Of a stretch of 64,000 bases of DNA, positions 34,605 to 45,346 are shown piece after piece. The stretch covers positions 15,341 through 79,340 of the forward strand of contig MZGK01000002.1 in assembly GCA_002085025.1 (NCBI GenBank), read 5' to 3'. Both the position numbers and the translations under genes were made by a program. The stretch comes from Candidatus Omnitrophica bacterium 4484_213. Its GTDB lineage: Bacteria > Omnitrophota > 4484-213. The stretch's first letter is position 1; each line of letters begins with the position of its first letter. The notes under the pieces were generated by a model. It saw nothing but the letters and a program-made list of their open reading frames with translations. It searched no databases and was not told the DNA's origin.

Positions 34605-35064
34605 ACCTTTCTATCTCTTCTGAGAGGACCTTAAGTTCTACACCTGCCTTTTTGAAGAGCCCTCTTGTATCGGCACCAGCGTGATATCTCTTATTACAGA
34701 CCACCCTTTTTATTCCACAGTTTACAATCATCTTTGCGCAGGTAAAACAGGGCTCCATTGAACAATATAAAGTAGAACCATTTAAAGATATGCCAAATTT
34801 AGCCGCCTGACAAATAGCATTCTGTTCAGCATGGATGGTTCGTATGCAATGTTTGCTCACAGAACCATCGGGTGTAATGACATCTCTTAACATATGGCCT
34901 GCTTCATCGCAATGAGGCAAGCCGGAAGGCGCTCCTACATAACCAGTAGCAAGAATTCGCCGGTCTCTTACTATTACACATCCACTCTTTCCTCTATCGC
35001 AGGTTGCCCTTGTTGCTACTTCCCGAACAATTCCCAAAAAATATTCATCCCAATCTGGTCGCAT
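34591..35064 (-). CDS. dCMP deaminase / ComEB-family protein
   Basis: RPDWDEYF, HAEQNA, PCFTC. Confidence 0.9.
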   Translation of the reverse strand: MRPDWDEYFLGIVREVATRATCDRGKSGCVIVRDRRILATGYVGAPSGLPHCDEAGHMLRDVITPDGSVSKHCIRTIHAEQNAICQAAKFGISLNGSTLYCSMEPCFTCAKMIVNCGIKRVVCNKRYHAGADTRGLFKKAGVELKVLSEEIERYENQ

Positions 35065-35094
35065 AACTCTTCCTGAAAGTCTCCAGCAAGAAGA

Positions 35095-35200
35095 AAAAGG
35101 GTTAACATGGGTGATAAGGGGTAGGAAGGGTTAGAAAAGGAATGGGGAATTCCCCTGCTACCCCCTACTAACCCTTGCCATCCCTTTCTAACCCCTGTGT
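35095..35200. repeat. 10-nt-period inverted array
   Basis: aagggtta-like units followed by taacccct-like units. Confidence 0.75.
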
Positions 35201-35230
35201 TTTCTATTCTACCACATTCCCCTATTTATA

Positions 35231-35320
35231 CAAACTCCCTTAGAAATATACATAGAAACTTCAGCCAGAACTTTTAAAAACCTCTCTTACATTATAACAG
35301 GAGTTTTCTAACGGGGCAAG
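35231..35320. repeat. Family B element supplying the glyA stop
   Basis: aaactcccttagaaa...tttctaacggggcaag. Confidence 0.7.
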
Positions 35321-36591
35321 GGGAATTTTGCTACTAATTTATCTACTTCTTTAGTTACCTCTGCGATTACTTCTTCGTTATTGATATTACTAATTACTCT
35401 ATCAATCAAATGAGCAATTTTTTTCATCTCCTCTTCTTTCATCCCCCGCGTGGTCACCGCCGGTGTGCCGAGGCGAATCCCACTGGTCACAAAAGCACTT
35501 TGGCTATCAAAGGGAATTAAATTCTTGTTTACAGTAATTCTTGCTTTGTCTAGGGCAGTAGTGGCATCCTTGCCGGTTATCTTTCTGCTGGCGAAAACAT
35601 CTACAAGCAGCAAGTGATTATCTGTCCCGCCGGAAACAATTCTATAATTTAGTCTTTTTAACTCCTCGGATAGCACAGCCGCATTTCGAACAATCTGGCG
35701 TTGATATTGCTTGAACTGCTCACTTAAGGCCTCTCTAAATGCTACTGCTTTGGCAGCGATAACATGCATAAGGGGCCCCCCCTGGATTCCCGGAAAAACC
35801 GCAGCATCAATCTTTTTCCCAAATTCCTTTCGGCATAAAATCATCCCTCCCCGCGGGCCTCTTAGCGTTTTATGAGTGGTGGTGGTAATAAATTCAGCAT
35901 AAGGAACAGGGTCAGGATGAAGTTTTGCCGCTATCAAACCAGCAATGTGGGCCACATCTGCCATTACAAATGCCCCACTTTTATCGGCAATCTCTCGTAC
36001 TCTCTTAAAATCAATTATTCGTGGATAAGCAGAGGCGCCAACCAGAATCATCTTCGGTTTATTTTTTTTAGCCAACTCCTCTAATTCATCATAGTCAATC
36101 TTTTCATCTCTCGAGCTAACACCATAAGGAATAATCTGAAAATACTTCCCGGAGTAATTTAAAGGATGACCATGGGTTAGATGCCCGCCATGAGTCAGAT
36201 TCATTGCCAGGACCTTATCTCCCGGCTTCAGCATTGCAAAATAAACGGCCATATTTGCCTGTGCCCCCGAATGGGGCTGAACATTGACATATTCGGCTCC
36301 AAAGAGTTCCTTTGCCCGTTCGATGGCTAAGGATTCGGCAACATCGACGAACTGGCAGCCCCCATACCAGCGCCTTCCCGGATAGCCCTCGGCATATTTA
36401 TTGGTCAAAACCGAGCCTTGAGCTTCTAATACTGCCTGGCTCACAAAATTCTCCGAAGCAATTAGTTCAATATTTTCCTGCTGTCTTTTGAGCTCATTTT
36501 GAATTGCCTCGAAAATCTCATTGTCGACTACCTTTAACTGCTCATTTACCCTCTTAGAGCTTCGTTCATCAACAACTAACTTTTCTTCCAT
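35308..36591 (-). CDS. glyA: Serine hydroxymethyltransferase
   Basis: [36 protein letters not shown]. Confidence 0.97.
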   Translation of the reverse strand: MEEKLVVDERSSKRVNEQLKVVDNEIFEAIQNELKRQQENIELIASENFVSQAVLEAQGSVLTNKYAEGYPGRRWYGGCQFVDVAESLAIERAKELFGAEYVNVQPHSGAQANMAVYFAMLKPGDKVLAMNLTHGGHLTHGHPLNYSGKYFQIIPYGVSSRDEKIDYDELEELAKKNKPKMILVGASAYPRIIDFKRVREIADKSGAFVMADVAHIAGLIAAKLHPDPVPYAEFITTTTHKTLRGPRGGMILCRKEFGKKIDAAVFPGIQGGPLMHVIAAKAVAFREALSEQFKQYQRQIVRNAAVLSEELKRLNYRIVSGGTDNHLLLVDVFASRKITGKDATTALDKARITVNKNLIPFDSQSAFVTSGIRLGTPAVTTRGMKEEEMKKIAHLIDRVISNINNEEVIAEVTKEVDKLVAKFPLPR

Positions 36592-36604
36592 CTTTTCTCC
36601 TTCT

Positions 36605-36693
36605 TTTAGCCTGTTAAAACTCCTAACAGGGCTTATCAGCTTGCTCTTGTCTTTACCTTGCTAGAAAGCCCCACCCTTTCTAACGGGGTTTAC
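36605..36693. repeat. Two minimal family B elements; one supplies the dnaE C-terminus
   Basis: gcctgtta..taacaggg and tttaccttgctagaaag..ctttctaacggggtttac. Confidence 0.8.
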
Positions 36694-39600
36694 TTCCACT
36701 GTTACTCTTTCTTTTCCTATTAACTGCTCGAGTTGAAGAAGAAAACTTTCAGTGCACTTAGCGGTTAAGGAAGAACGAATAGTGTGCTTTCCTCGCGGAG
36801 AGGAGAAAATTAAATAAAGCGGAACATCTCCTTGGTGAGCAGAAACAAGCCTTTTTATCTGCCGAAGAAGATTTTCATCGCTGTCTGCCTCTAAATTCAG
36901 AGAAATAGAAGCAGTATATTTCTGAGAAATTTGCTCTATTGGAATTAATTTCTCAGCAATTATCTTGCGTTCATTATTTCTTAAACTAATCTTTCCTTCG
37001 ACAAAGATTGGAGCATCTATTTTAACATAATTGCTTACTTTATTAAAGACCTTTGGAAAAAGGATAATCTCAATCGCCCCATTAGAAATCTCTAAATTAA
37101 AAAAAGCCATCTTCTCCCCGCGTTTGGTAACAATTTGTTTAATCTTAGTAACAACTCCCCCGACTAACACCTCTTCGTTTTCGCTGTAGTTATTTAATTC
37201 AGTAAAGGAAACGGAATATCTCTTCAGTACCTGCTCATACTCTGCTAAGGGATGACCGCTGAAATAAAAGCCCAGAAGCTCTTTTTCAAAGGCCAATAAC
37301 TGATTGCGCGGCCATTCTTTTATTGTTATCTTTTTCTCTTCTTTTCGAGGTTCAAAGTAAGAGAGATTATCAAGAAGGGATAGTTGCCCCCGACTTTTAT
37401 CTCTTTGGAGCCGATTTGCCCTCTGGAGGCTACCCTCTAAATCCACTATTAACTGGGCTCGTGGCAAATTGAAACAATCAAATGCTCCGCATTTTATCAA
37501 ACTCTCAATTACCTTTTTATTTACGAGTCTCAGATCTACTCGCTGGCAAAAATCTTCTAAAGAAAAAAAATTCTTTCTCGTCCTCGCTTTAATAATAGAA
37601 TCGATTGCTCCCCTTCCTACATTCTTCACTGCTAACAAACCAAATCTGATGCTATCTTTCTCAACAGTGAATTCAGCAAAAGATTGTTGGACATCGGGAG
37701 GTAAGATTCTTATACCCATCTTCCTGCATTCTTCTACATAATCAGCAATCTTGTCCGTATTATCCTCTTCACTGGTTAATAAAGCAGCCATAAACTGCAG
37801 AGGACAATTTGCCTTTAAATAAGCTGTCCGGTAAGAGATAAGGGCATAGGCGGCGCTATGGCTTTTATTAAAACCATAGCCGGAAAAATATTCGATAAGA
37901 TTAAATACTTTTTCCGCTACTCTTCTTCGTATCCCATTTTTTAGGCATCCTTCAACAAAAGATTCTTTTTGTTGCTCGATGACCTCGGGAATCTTTTTGC
38001 TTATTGCTCGACGCAGTAAATCTGCTTGGGTTAAACTAAACCCGGCCAGAATATGAGCAATTTGCATTATTTGTTCCTGGTAGAGGATAATCCCATAGGT
38101 CTCTTTTAAGATTGGTTTCAACTTAGGATGGTCGTATTTGATTAATTTAGGATTGTGTTTTCTCTGAACGAAATCATTAATCATTCCACTCCCTAAAGGA
38201 CCTGGGCGATGCAAAGCGAGAATAGCTATAATATCCTCAAAATTCTGGGGTTCAATCCTCTTCAATAAATCCTGCATTCCTGCACTTTCTAATTGAAACA
38301 CCCCTGTCGATTTCCCCTTGCAAAGCAGATGATAAGTCTTTTTATCGTCAAGAGGAATACTCTCAACACTGATTTCTTTTCCGGAAAACCTCCTTATGTT
38401 TTCTATTGTTTTACTAATTACCGTTAAAGTACGCAATCCTAAAAAGTCCATCTTTAAAAGACCTATCTTTTCCAGAGAAAACATAGAATACTGAGTAGCA
38501 ATCTTCCCATCAGGGCTTTTAAACAAAGGTACAATGTCGCTCAGGGGCTGCTTGGAAATTACAACTCCGGCTGCATGGGTAGAAGCGTGCCGGGTTAAAC
38601 CCTCTAGGCTCTTAGAGATATCCAACAATCGTTTTATCTGTTTGTCCTGCTCGTAAAGCTCCTTTAGGCGTGGCTCCTGATAAAGTGCTTCTTGAATGGT
38701 AATATTGAGCGTTAAGGGGACTAGCTTAGCAATCCTATCTACTTCTGAATAAGGCATTCCCATTACCCTGCCGACATCTCTGATTACTCCATGCGCGGCC
38801 ATTGTGCCGAAAGTAATTATTTGAGAAACGTTTTCTTTGCTATATTTTTGAGTGACATAGTCAATCACCTCATCCCTGCGCTGATAACAGAAATCAATAT
38901 CAATATCAGGCATCGTTATCCGCTCATAGTTCAAAAACCTTTCAAATAAAAGATTATATTTCAGAGGATTGATATCGGTTATTCCTAAGATATAAGCGAC
39001 TAAACTGCCGGCCACAGAACCTCTACCGGGTCCAACGGCAATATTATTCTTCTTAGCAAAGTTAATAAAATCCTGCACAATAAGGAAGTAAGATGCATAA
39101 CCAGATTCTTCAATTATTTTTAACTCCTGGTTCATTCTCTGGATAACCTCTTCATTTACCCTGCTAAATAATTCGCTTGGGCGAACAGCGCCTTTGGCGG
39201 ATTTAACAGGGTTTATCCCATTAAATTGCGCCTTTGACGCCCCCCCGACGGAAGTGTCGGAGAATTCGGGGTGAACTTCTTTAAACCTTTCTTTCAACCT
39301 CTGCTGACAGAGTTCTTTAAGATATTCTTTATCTGTTAGACCCTGGGGGGGAGAAAAAACAGGCATATACTTCTTACTAAAATCGAGCTCGAGATTGCAT
39401 TTATTAACGACCTTTAGCGTATTGGTCAAAGCAGAGGGAATTTCCGAAAATAACTCTTTCATCTCTTCTTCACTCTTGAGATAAAATTTATTGGTAGAGA
39501 ATCTCATTCTTTTAGGGTCATCTAGGGTAGTTTGCGTCTGAAGACAGAGAAGGATTTCATGGTTGTAGCTATCAGATTTATGTAAATAATGCACATCATT

Positions 39601-40221
39601 TGTAGCTACTAATTCTATATTCATCTCCTTTGCTATCTTAATCAACTCTCTATTTACCTTTTTTTGTTCAGGGATTAATTGGTCCTGAAGTTCTAAATAA
39701 AAATTATCTTTTCCAAATATATCCTGAAAGTCAATAATTGCTTTTTTGGCTTTATCGATCTGGTCATTAATAATATAATTGGGAATCTCTCCATGGAGAC
39801 ACCCACTGAGCCCAATAAGTCCCTCTGAATACTGAGATAAAATTTCTTTGTCTATTCTTGGTTTATAATAGAAGCCTTCTAAATAAGCCGCTGTAGCGAG
39901 TTTAACCAAATTTTTATATCCTTTTAGGTCTTTTACTAACAGAGTGAGATGTTTTCTTCCTCTCTTTTCCACTTCTGGATCTCGGTTGAATCTGCTTTCC
40001 GGAGCGAGATAAGCCTCATAGCCAATTATTGGCTTTATCCCTTGTTTCATTGCTTCCTGATAAAACTCAATTGCCCCAAACATATTTCCGTGGTCAGTAA
40101 TGGCAATAGCCGGAAATTTTAATTCTATACTTCTCTTGATTAAGTCAGGGAGTTTACAGGCGCCATCGAGAAGACTATATTGGCTATGAACATGAAGGTG
40201 AGCGAAATTTGCGTGAGTCAC
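36661..40221 (-). CDS. dnaE: DNA polymerase III alpha subunit with a 39-aa repeat-derived insert
   Basis: HLHVHSQYSLLDG, GPGRGS, PDIDIDF, KMDFLGL, YGFNKSH; likely GTG start at 40221. Confidence 0.96.
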   Translation of the reverse strand: MTHANFAHLHVHSQYSLLDGACKLPDLIKRSIELKFPAIAITDHGNMFGAIEFYQEAMKQGIKPIIGYEAYLAPESRFNRDPEVEKRGRKHLTLLVKDLKGYKNLVKLATAAYLEGFYYKPRIDKEILSQYSEGLIGLSGCLHGEIPNYIINDQIDKAKKAIIDFQDIFGKDNFYLELQDQLIPEQKKVNRELIKIAKEMNIELVATNDVHYLHKSDSYNHEILLCLQTQTTLDDPKRMRFSTNKFYLKSEEEMKELFSEIPSALTNTLKVVNKCNLELDFSKKYMPVFSPPQGLTDKEYLKELCQQRLKERFKEVHPEFSDTSVGGASKAQFNGINPVKSAKGAVRPSELFSRVNEEVIQRMNQELKIIEESGYASYFLIVQDFINFAKKNNIAVGPGRGSVAGSLVAYILGITDINPLKYNLLFERFLNYERITMPDIDIDFCYQRRDEVIDYVTQKYSKENVSQIITFGTMAAHGVIRDVGRVMGMPYSEVDRIAKLVPLTLNITIQEALYQEPRLKELYEQDKQIKRLLDISKSLEGLTRHASTHAAGVVISKQPLSDIVPLFKSPDGKIATQYSMFSLEKIGLLKMDFLGLRTLTVISKTIENIRRFSGKEISVESIPLDDKKTYHLLCKGKSTGVFQLESAGMQDLLKRIEPQNFEDIIAILALHRPGPLGSGMINDFVQRKHNPKLIKYDHPKLKPILKETYGIILYQEQIMQIAHILAGFSLTQADLLRRAISKKIPEVIEQQKESFVEGCLKNGIRRRVAEKVFNLIEYFSGYGFNKSHSAAYALISYRTAYLKANCPLQFMAALLTSEEDNTDKIADYVEECRKMGIRILPPDVQQSFAEFTVEKDSIRFGLLAVKNVGRGAIDSIIKARTRKNFFSLEDFCQRVDLRLVNKKVIESLIKCGAFDCFNLPRAQLIVDLEGSLQRANRLQRDKSRGQLSLLDNLSYFEPRKEEKKITIKEWPRNQLLAFEKELLGFYFSGHPLAEYEQVLKRYSVSFTELNNYSENEEVLVGGVVTKIKQIVTKRGEKMAFFNLEISNGAIEIILFPKVFNKVSNYVKIDAPIFVEGKISLRNNERKIIAEKLIPIEQISQKYTASISLNLEADSDENLLRQIKRLVSAHQGDVPLYLIFSSPRGKHTIRSSLTAKCTESFLLQLEQLIGKERVTVEVNPVRKGGAF
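39154..39276. repeat. Tandem family B elements in frame within dnaE
   Basis: atttaccctgctaaa..tttaacagg-gtttat-cccattaaa..cggg-gtgaac. Confidence 0.9.
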
Positions 40222-40349
40222 GTTTGGTAGGGAGGTGTTGGTTTGGTTACTAGTGCCGAGGATATGCAAAACTGCCTTCAGCAGGACATTAGGTCCTTCG
40301 TCGCTCGCTTACGCTCACTCCTCAGGATCAAATCTGCCGAAGGCAGATT

Positions 40350-40426
40350 TGGTAGCGGGGAGAGGATTCGAACCTCTGACCTTTAGGTTATGGGCCTAAC
40401 GAGCTACCAGGCTGCTCCACCCCGCA
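40350..40426 (-). tRNA. tRNA-Met(CAT), initiator-like
   Basis: TGCGGGG...CCCCGCT-A-CCA with unpaired 1:72, D arm GAGC/GCTC, anticodon arm TTAGG-CCCATAA-CCTAA. Confidence 0.9.
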
Positions 40427-40576
40427 TCGTATATGCTTCGCTATTGGTCGGCATTGATTATGTAGATTAAATACTCATTGCAGCGATAACAGAGAGGGTT
40501 TAATCTCTACAAACTTCTGAAATCCCTGCCTGCGGCAGGCAGGGATGTAACCAAGTTAGTATTAACTTCCTTAATA

Positions 40577-42031
40577 CTAACCGATTTTTGTTAAAATGTC
40601 AAGAGATTTTCTCCAACGCCCTCCATCTTTTGTATCCTCTAAAATAATCCCTCTTTTCTTTAATTCTTCTCTTATTCTATCGGCTAATTCAAAATTTCTC
40701 TTTCTACGGGCTTCTTCTCTTTGTTCAATTAATCTTCTCTCTTCCTCATCAATCTCTTTCGGGGAATCAAATTTGAGAATTCCTAATACGCTATTAATCT
40801 TCTCAATTAAACCTGCGGCTTCTCGTAAATCGCTTTCTCCAATCCTTTCTTCACTGATTGCCTTATTGATATCCTTAATTAGGTCAAATAAAGCAGCAAG
40901 GGCAGAAGAAATATTCAGGTCATCGTCCATTGCTTTTTCAAAGTCCTTCTTCGCCCTTCTTACCCTATCTTTGAAAGATAGTTTACTTGCACGCCTGGTG
41001 TGCAAGTAGCTCTTGATATTCAAATAAAAATCGCTCAATTTTTTGAGGGTTTGTTTGGCTTGCCTTAAACCGTCAAGGGTAAAATTCAAACTATGCCGGT
41101 AATGAGTGGACAAAAGCAAAAATCTTATTACCAAGGGATCATATCCCCTCTCCAATAAATCGCGCAGGGTAAAGAAATTTCCTTTTGATTTGGACATCTT
41201 CTCATTGTTCACCAACAAAAATTTACAATGCAGCCAATAATTAACAAATTTTTTGCCTGTAGCCGCTTCGCTCTGGGCAATCTCATTTTCGTGATGGGGA
41301 AAGATGTTGTCCTCCCCTCCGGTATGAATATCAAAACTTTCTCCTAAATACTTCATTGACATTGCTGAACATTCAATATGCCAGCCCGGTCTGCCTCTTT
41401 CCTTCCCCGGCCCTGGCCAGGATGGTTCATCCTCCTTCACCTTTTTCCATAAAACAAAGTCGGCCGGGTTTTCTTTATCGTACTCATCGGCGTCCTCCCG
41501 CCTTTGTTCGCCTGCGGCAGGCCTCGGTGACCAAGTCGGGCGCTGAGTATCAGATAAAGGTTTGCCTGAGAGTTTCCCATACTCTTTAAACTGAGAAATC
41601 TGGAAGTAAATTGAGCCATCTTTCTCGTAAGCAAAACCTTTTTTTAAGAGAACCTTTATCAACTTTACCATCTCAGAGATATGCTCTGTTGCTCGGGGGT
41701 ACTCCTCTACTCTCTCAATATTCAGTTTTTCCAAATCCTCAAAAAAGGCATCGGTATATCTTTTAGTAAAATCACTTAGTTTAATTGCCTCTCTTTTTGC
41801 TCCGGCAATTGTCTTATCGTCAACATCAGTAATATTCATCACCTGAAGGACACGGTAGCCCTTATATTTTAGATAGCGTCGCAAGAGGTCTTCAAATACA
41901 TAAGCTCGAAAATTACCGATATGGGCGAAGTCATAGACCGTCGGCCCGCAGCTATATATCTTTACAATTCCTTTCTTTAAGGCAGTGAACTTCTCTTTCC
42001 TGCGGCTAAGGGTGTTATAGAAACAAAGCAT
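40577..42031 (-). CDS. cysS: Cysteine-tRNA ligase
   Basis: CGPTVY, HIGN, PGWHIECS, FPHHENE, KMSKS. Confidence 0.96.
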   Translation of the reverse strand: MLCFYNTLSRRKEKFTALKKGIVKIYSCGPTVYDFAHIGNFRAYVFEDLLRRYLKYKGYRVLQVMNITDVDDKTIAGAKREAIKLSDFTKRYTDAFFEDLEKLNIERVEEYPRATEHISEMVKLIKVLLKKGFAYEKDGSIYFQISQFKEYGKLSGKPLSDTQRPTWSPRPAAGEQRREDADEYDKENPADFVLWKKVKEDEPSWPGPGKERGRPGWHIECSAMSMKYLGESFDIHTGGEDNIFPHHENEIAQSEAATGKKFVNYWLHCKFLLVNNEKMSKSKGNFFTLRDLLERGYDPLVIRFLLLSTHYRHSLNFTLDGLRQAKQTLKKLSDFYLNIKSYLHTRRASKLSFKDRVRRAKKDFEKAMDDDLNISSALAALFDLIKDINKAISEERIGESDLREAAGLIEKINSVLGILKFDSPKEIDEEERRLIEQREEARRKRNFELADRIREELKKRGIILEDTKDGGRWRKSLDILTKIG

Positions 42032-42078
42032 TTTTTAAATTATCAACACGACTTTTGAAAAATGAGATCTATATTGAG

Positions 42079-43209
42079 CTATACTTTTTCATAAGGGTCA
42101 AACAACTTTTTATATTCCTCGAGAGCAAATCTATCGGTCATTCCGGCGATATAATCACAGATTGTTCTCTCTAATCCTTCCTTTTTAATTTTCTCCTGGC
42201 AGGAGAAAGGCAGTTGCGTCGGTTTCTTTAAATATATCTCGAAAAGCTGCTTAATAAACCGCTGAGCTTTGTTTGTCATCCGCATTACCCGATAGTGGTA
42301 GTAAAGATTCTTGAATAAAAAATCTTTCAATTGCTTACGCTTCTCAAATATCTCTTTGCTAAAGGAAATTAAACCCTCTGATTTATGAACCTCTTCTCTA
42401 CTTTTAATATCCTTTAATCTTCTTTCCGATTCGTTTATTAAATCAGTAGTAGCAAGATTTATTAGGGACTTTATGGTCTGATATTTCAGTATTTCTTTGT
42501 TAGTAATTTTTTTAGCTAATGGCTCATAGATGTCTCGCCAGATTTTTACCTTTAAGAGCTGCTCTTCGTCAATTAAGTTAGCGGTAAGCCCATCGTCTAA
42601 ATCGTGGCTGTCATAGGCAATCTCATCGGCTAGATTTACTACTTGCGCCTCTAAGGTGGGTTGTTTATTCTTGAATTCTTTATTTGCCTGGTCAAAAAGA
42701 GTTTTATGCTTGGCAATGCCCTCCCGTGTCTCATAGCTTAGATTTAACCCCTTAAAATCGGGGTATCTCTCTTCCAATAGGTCAACTACTCTTAACCCTT
42801 GCTGATTGTGCTCAAAACCGCCAAAATTCTGCATTAACTCTCGGAGAGCATTTTCGCCGGCATGACCAAAAGGGGTATGTCCGATATCGTGGGCAAGGGC
42901 AATTGCTTCGGTTAAATCCTCATTCAATCTTAGAGAACGGGCAATAGAAACAGCAATTTGGGCTACTTCTAAGGTATGCGTAAGCCGGGTGCGGTAATAA
43001 TCGCCCTCGTGATTTACAAATACCTGGGTCTTATATTCTAATTTACGAAAGGCATTGGAATGGATTATTCTATCTCTATCACGTTGATAAACCGAACGAA
43101 AGGGGTGTTCTTCTTCTTTATGAACCCTTCCTTGTGTATATTTACTTTTGGCCGCATAAGGAGCAAGAATTTTCTCTTCTCTTTGCTCTAATTGCTCACG
43201 GGTTAGCAT
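42079..43209 (-). CDS. dgt: dGTP triphosphohydrolase (HD superfamily)
   Basis: RDRDRIIH, KTQVF, RTRLTH, HDIGHTPFGH, DYIAGMTD. Confidence 0.93.
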   Translation of the reverse strand: MLTREQLEQREEKILAPYAAKSKYTQGRVHKEEEHPFRSVYQRDRDRIIHSNAFRKLEYKTQVFVNHEGDYYRTRLTHTLEVAQIAVSIARSLRLNEDLTEAIALAHDIGHTPFGHAGENALRELMQNFGGFEHNQQGLRVVDLLEERYPDFKGLNLSYETREGIAKHKTLFDQANKEFKNKQPTLEAQVVNLADEIAYDSHDLDDGLTANLIDEEQLLKVKIWRDIYEPLAKKITNKEILKYQTIKSLINLATTDLINESERRLKDIKSREEVHKSEGLISFSKEIFEKRKQLKDFLFKNLYYHYRVMRMTNKAQRFIKQLFEIYLKKPTQLPFSCQEKIKKEGLERTICDYIAGMTDRFALEEYKKLFDPYEKV

Positions 43210-43415
43210 TCAATGAGCACGTAATCCCGAAAGCTTTCGGGATTGCTGTGCGAATTGAACCCAGCACTAATTTTCATAGAAATCAGTGATTGCTTTGTTT
43301 GAAGATGTAAGGTTGTTAAATTTATAGATTAATTTTGTATCTCAAAAATTAGTGCTGGGTAAGTTCGACTAAAGCTTTGCGAAACAGCAAGTGCTTCGCA
43401 AAACCAAGTTTCATT
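43210..43415. repeat. Family D element
   Basis: cat-tcaatgagcacgt[hairpin]gctgtgcgaatt..cccagcactaatttt/aaaattagtgctggg..gtttcattta. Confidence 0.88.
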
Positions 43416-43740
43416 TATTCTTCTCTACATATTTCATCATCACTTCATAAAGCAAATTCTTTAACATCTGTTCCTCATCTTTATCCAGATTCCCTTTGGT
43501 TTTTTGCTCTAAAATTTCTAAAATATCAATTGTTTGCTTTGCCTGTTTTAAATCCTGTTCTTTTTTATTAGTCAGGGGATTGACAATCTCTCCCAAATGC
43601 ATCAGCGCCTGCATTCCTAAACTGGAAATGAACAAACTAAAACTCATCTTGAGAGGAGGTATCTGATTTTCAGACTCCCTTTTCTTGCTATTTTCTTCAC
43701 TCTCTTTTTCTCTATTCAGCACTTCCTCTTTAGCGTCCAT
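43411..43740 (-). CDS. DUF1844-like protein
   Basis: LGMQALMHLG..NP..DLKQAKQTIDIL..KTKGNL. Confidence 0.8.
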   Translation of the reverse strand: MDAKEEVLNREKESEENSKKRESENQIPPLKMSFSLFISSLGMQALMHLGEIVNPLTNKKEQDLKQAKQTIDILEILEQKTKGNLDKDEEQMLKNLLYEVMMKYVEKNK

Positions 43741-45346
43741 TTTCCCTCCATACCCTTATTCCCTTCCCTAACATAATCAAGGCAAAGATAATCAAGGTTA
43801 AATCGATTACAAATAAGAGATATTTTCCAGTGCTAAAGAATCCTTTGCCTTGATAGAACAAAGCGGCTATGGTAGTGACAAAAATAAAGAGACACGGAGC
43901 AAGGGTATAAATTACCTTTTTCCGTTTTCTTTTTAAATAAACACTAATCACCAATAAGGTTAAAGCGGCGACAAGTTGATTAGAGGCGCCAAATGCGGGC
44001 CAGAGAACCTGCCAGCTCCCCAGGGTTAAATAACCAGCAAGTAATATAATAGCCGTAGTAATCAAATAGCGGTTTTTACCTATTTTAATTTCTCCGAGAA
44101 GTTCCTCTCCGATATAACGGCTAATTCGGGTCGCTGAGTCCAAAGTAGTCATTACAAATGTCTTTAAGGTAGTAATAGCAATGAGTGCCCCTAATCCACC
44201 AAATATAGGTTTGGTCAATTCTCCATATCCCATACCAAAGGTAACAATCCAACCTTTCTCCTTGACCAATTCAGGATAAACCAAATTGGGAAATTGCTTG
44301 CTTTTCCAATATAAACTGGCAGAGACAGCAACAAGGGTTAAAACCGCCAGCACCCCTTCTAAAAGCATCCCTCCATAGCCAATCTTTTGGGCATCCCCTT
44401 CGCTGGCCAATTGTTTTGAGGTTGTTCCCGAGGCAATCAAAGAATGAAAGCCGGAGAGTGCTCCGCAGGCAATCAGAACAAAGAGCATTGGCCAGAGATT
44501 TCCCTGTCCTGATTTCCAGGAAACAAAAGCCGGAGCGTGCATCTGGGGATGGGTCAGAACAATCCCTAAATAACCAAAAAATAGACCAAAGAAAAGCACA
44601 AAAGTAGCCAGATAATCACGCGGTTGCAAGAGAAGATTTACCGGGAGCACAGAAGCGATGAAGGCATAGATTAAAAGGACGATTGTCCAGATAGTTGCTG
44701 CATTCGCTCCTAATTTTATCGGAAAATGATAACCTGAAATAATCAAACCAAACAGCAAACCAACGCCAGTCAAAGTAGAGATTGTTTGATTAACCCGCCA
44801 GCGATAGAGCATAAAACCGAGCAACGTAGCAACTAGGATTAAACCAAATGTAGGAATAACTACCTGCGGCTGGACAGCAAGCGTCTTTCCACCCACTGCC
44901 GCAAATACGGCGATTACCAGAATTAAGCTCAATAAAAGAAAAGAGGCGAAAATTACTTTTACAAAATAACCGAGGGTAGTTTTAGAAACATCGGCAATAG
45001 AGATACCCTGATGGCGCAAGGAAATCATTAGCGTAGAAAAATCGTGTACTCCCCCTAAAAATATTGAGCCCAAGACAATCCAGATTAGAGCAGGTAACCA
45101 GCCAAATAAGGCGCAGGCAATTACTGGTCCAATTATTGGACCCGCCCCGGCAATAGAAGAAAAATGGTGGCCAAATAGAATTGACCAATGTTTTGCCGGT
45201 ACAAAATCTATTCCATCCTGCCGGCTATAAGCAGGAGTGATATTTTTAGGATTGATTTCCCAAAAGCGGGCAATTTTTCTGCCATAGAATCGGTAACCAA
45301 AAATAAATAGAACCAAACTACCAAAGGCAATAATTAAAGAGTTCAC
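43730..45346 (-). CDS. cstA: Carbon starvation protein A family transporter
   Basis: FGHHFSSIAGAGPIIGP, GGVHDF, IACGALSGFH, TTLDSATR, FGASNQL. Confidence 0.92.
   Translation of the reverse strand: MNSLIIAFGSLVLFIFGYRFYGRKIARFWEINPKNITPAYSRQDGIDFVPAKHWSILFGHHFSSIAGAGPIIGPVIACALFGWLPALIWIVLGSIFLGGVHDFSTLMISLRHQGISIADVSKTTLGYFVKVIFASFLLLSLILVIAVFAAVGGKTLAVQPQVVIPTFGLILVATLLGFMLYRWRVNQTISTLTGVGLLFGLIISGYHFPIKLGANAATIWTIVLLIYAFIASVLPVNLLLQPRDYLATFVLFFGLFFGYLGIVLTHPQMHAPAFVSWKSGQGNLWPMLFVLIACGALSGFHSLIASGTTSKQLASEGDAQKIGYGGMLLEGVLAVLTLVAVSASLYWKSKQFPNLVYPELVKEKGWIVTFGMGYGELTKPIFGGLGALIAITTLKTFVMTTLDSATRISRYIGEELLGEIKIGKNRYLITTAIILLAGYLTLGSWQVLWPAFGASNQLVAALTLLVISVYLKRKRKKVIYTLAPCLFIFVTTIAALFYQGKGFFSTGKYLLFVIDLTLIIFALIMLGKGIRVWRENGR

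Noticed and set aside
39154-39276. Intein in DnaE
   Set aside because: Only 39 aa, no C/S start or HN-C/S/T end, and the DNA is family B repeat.
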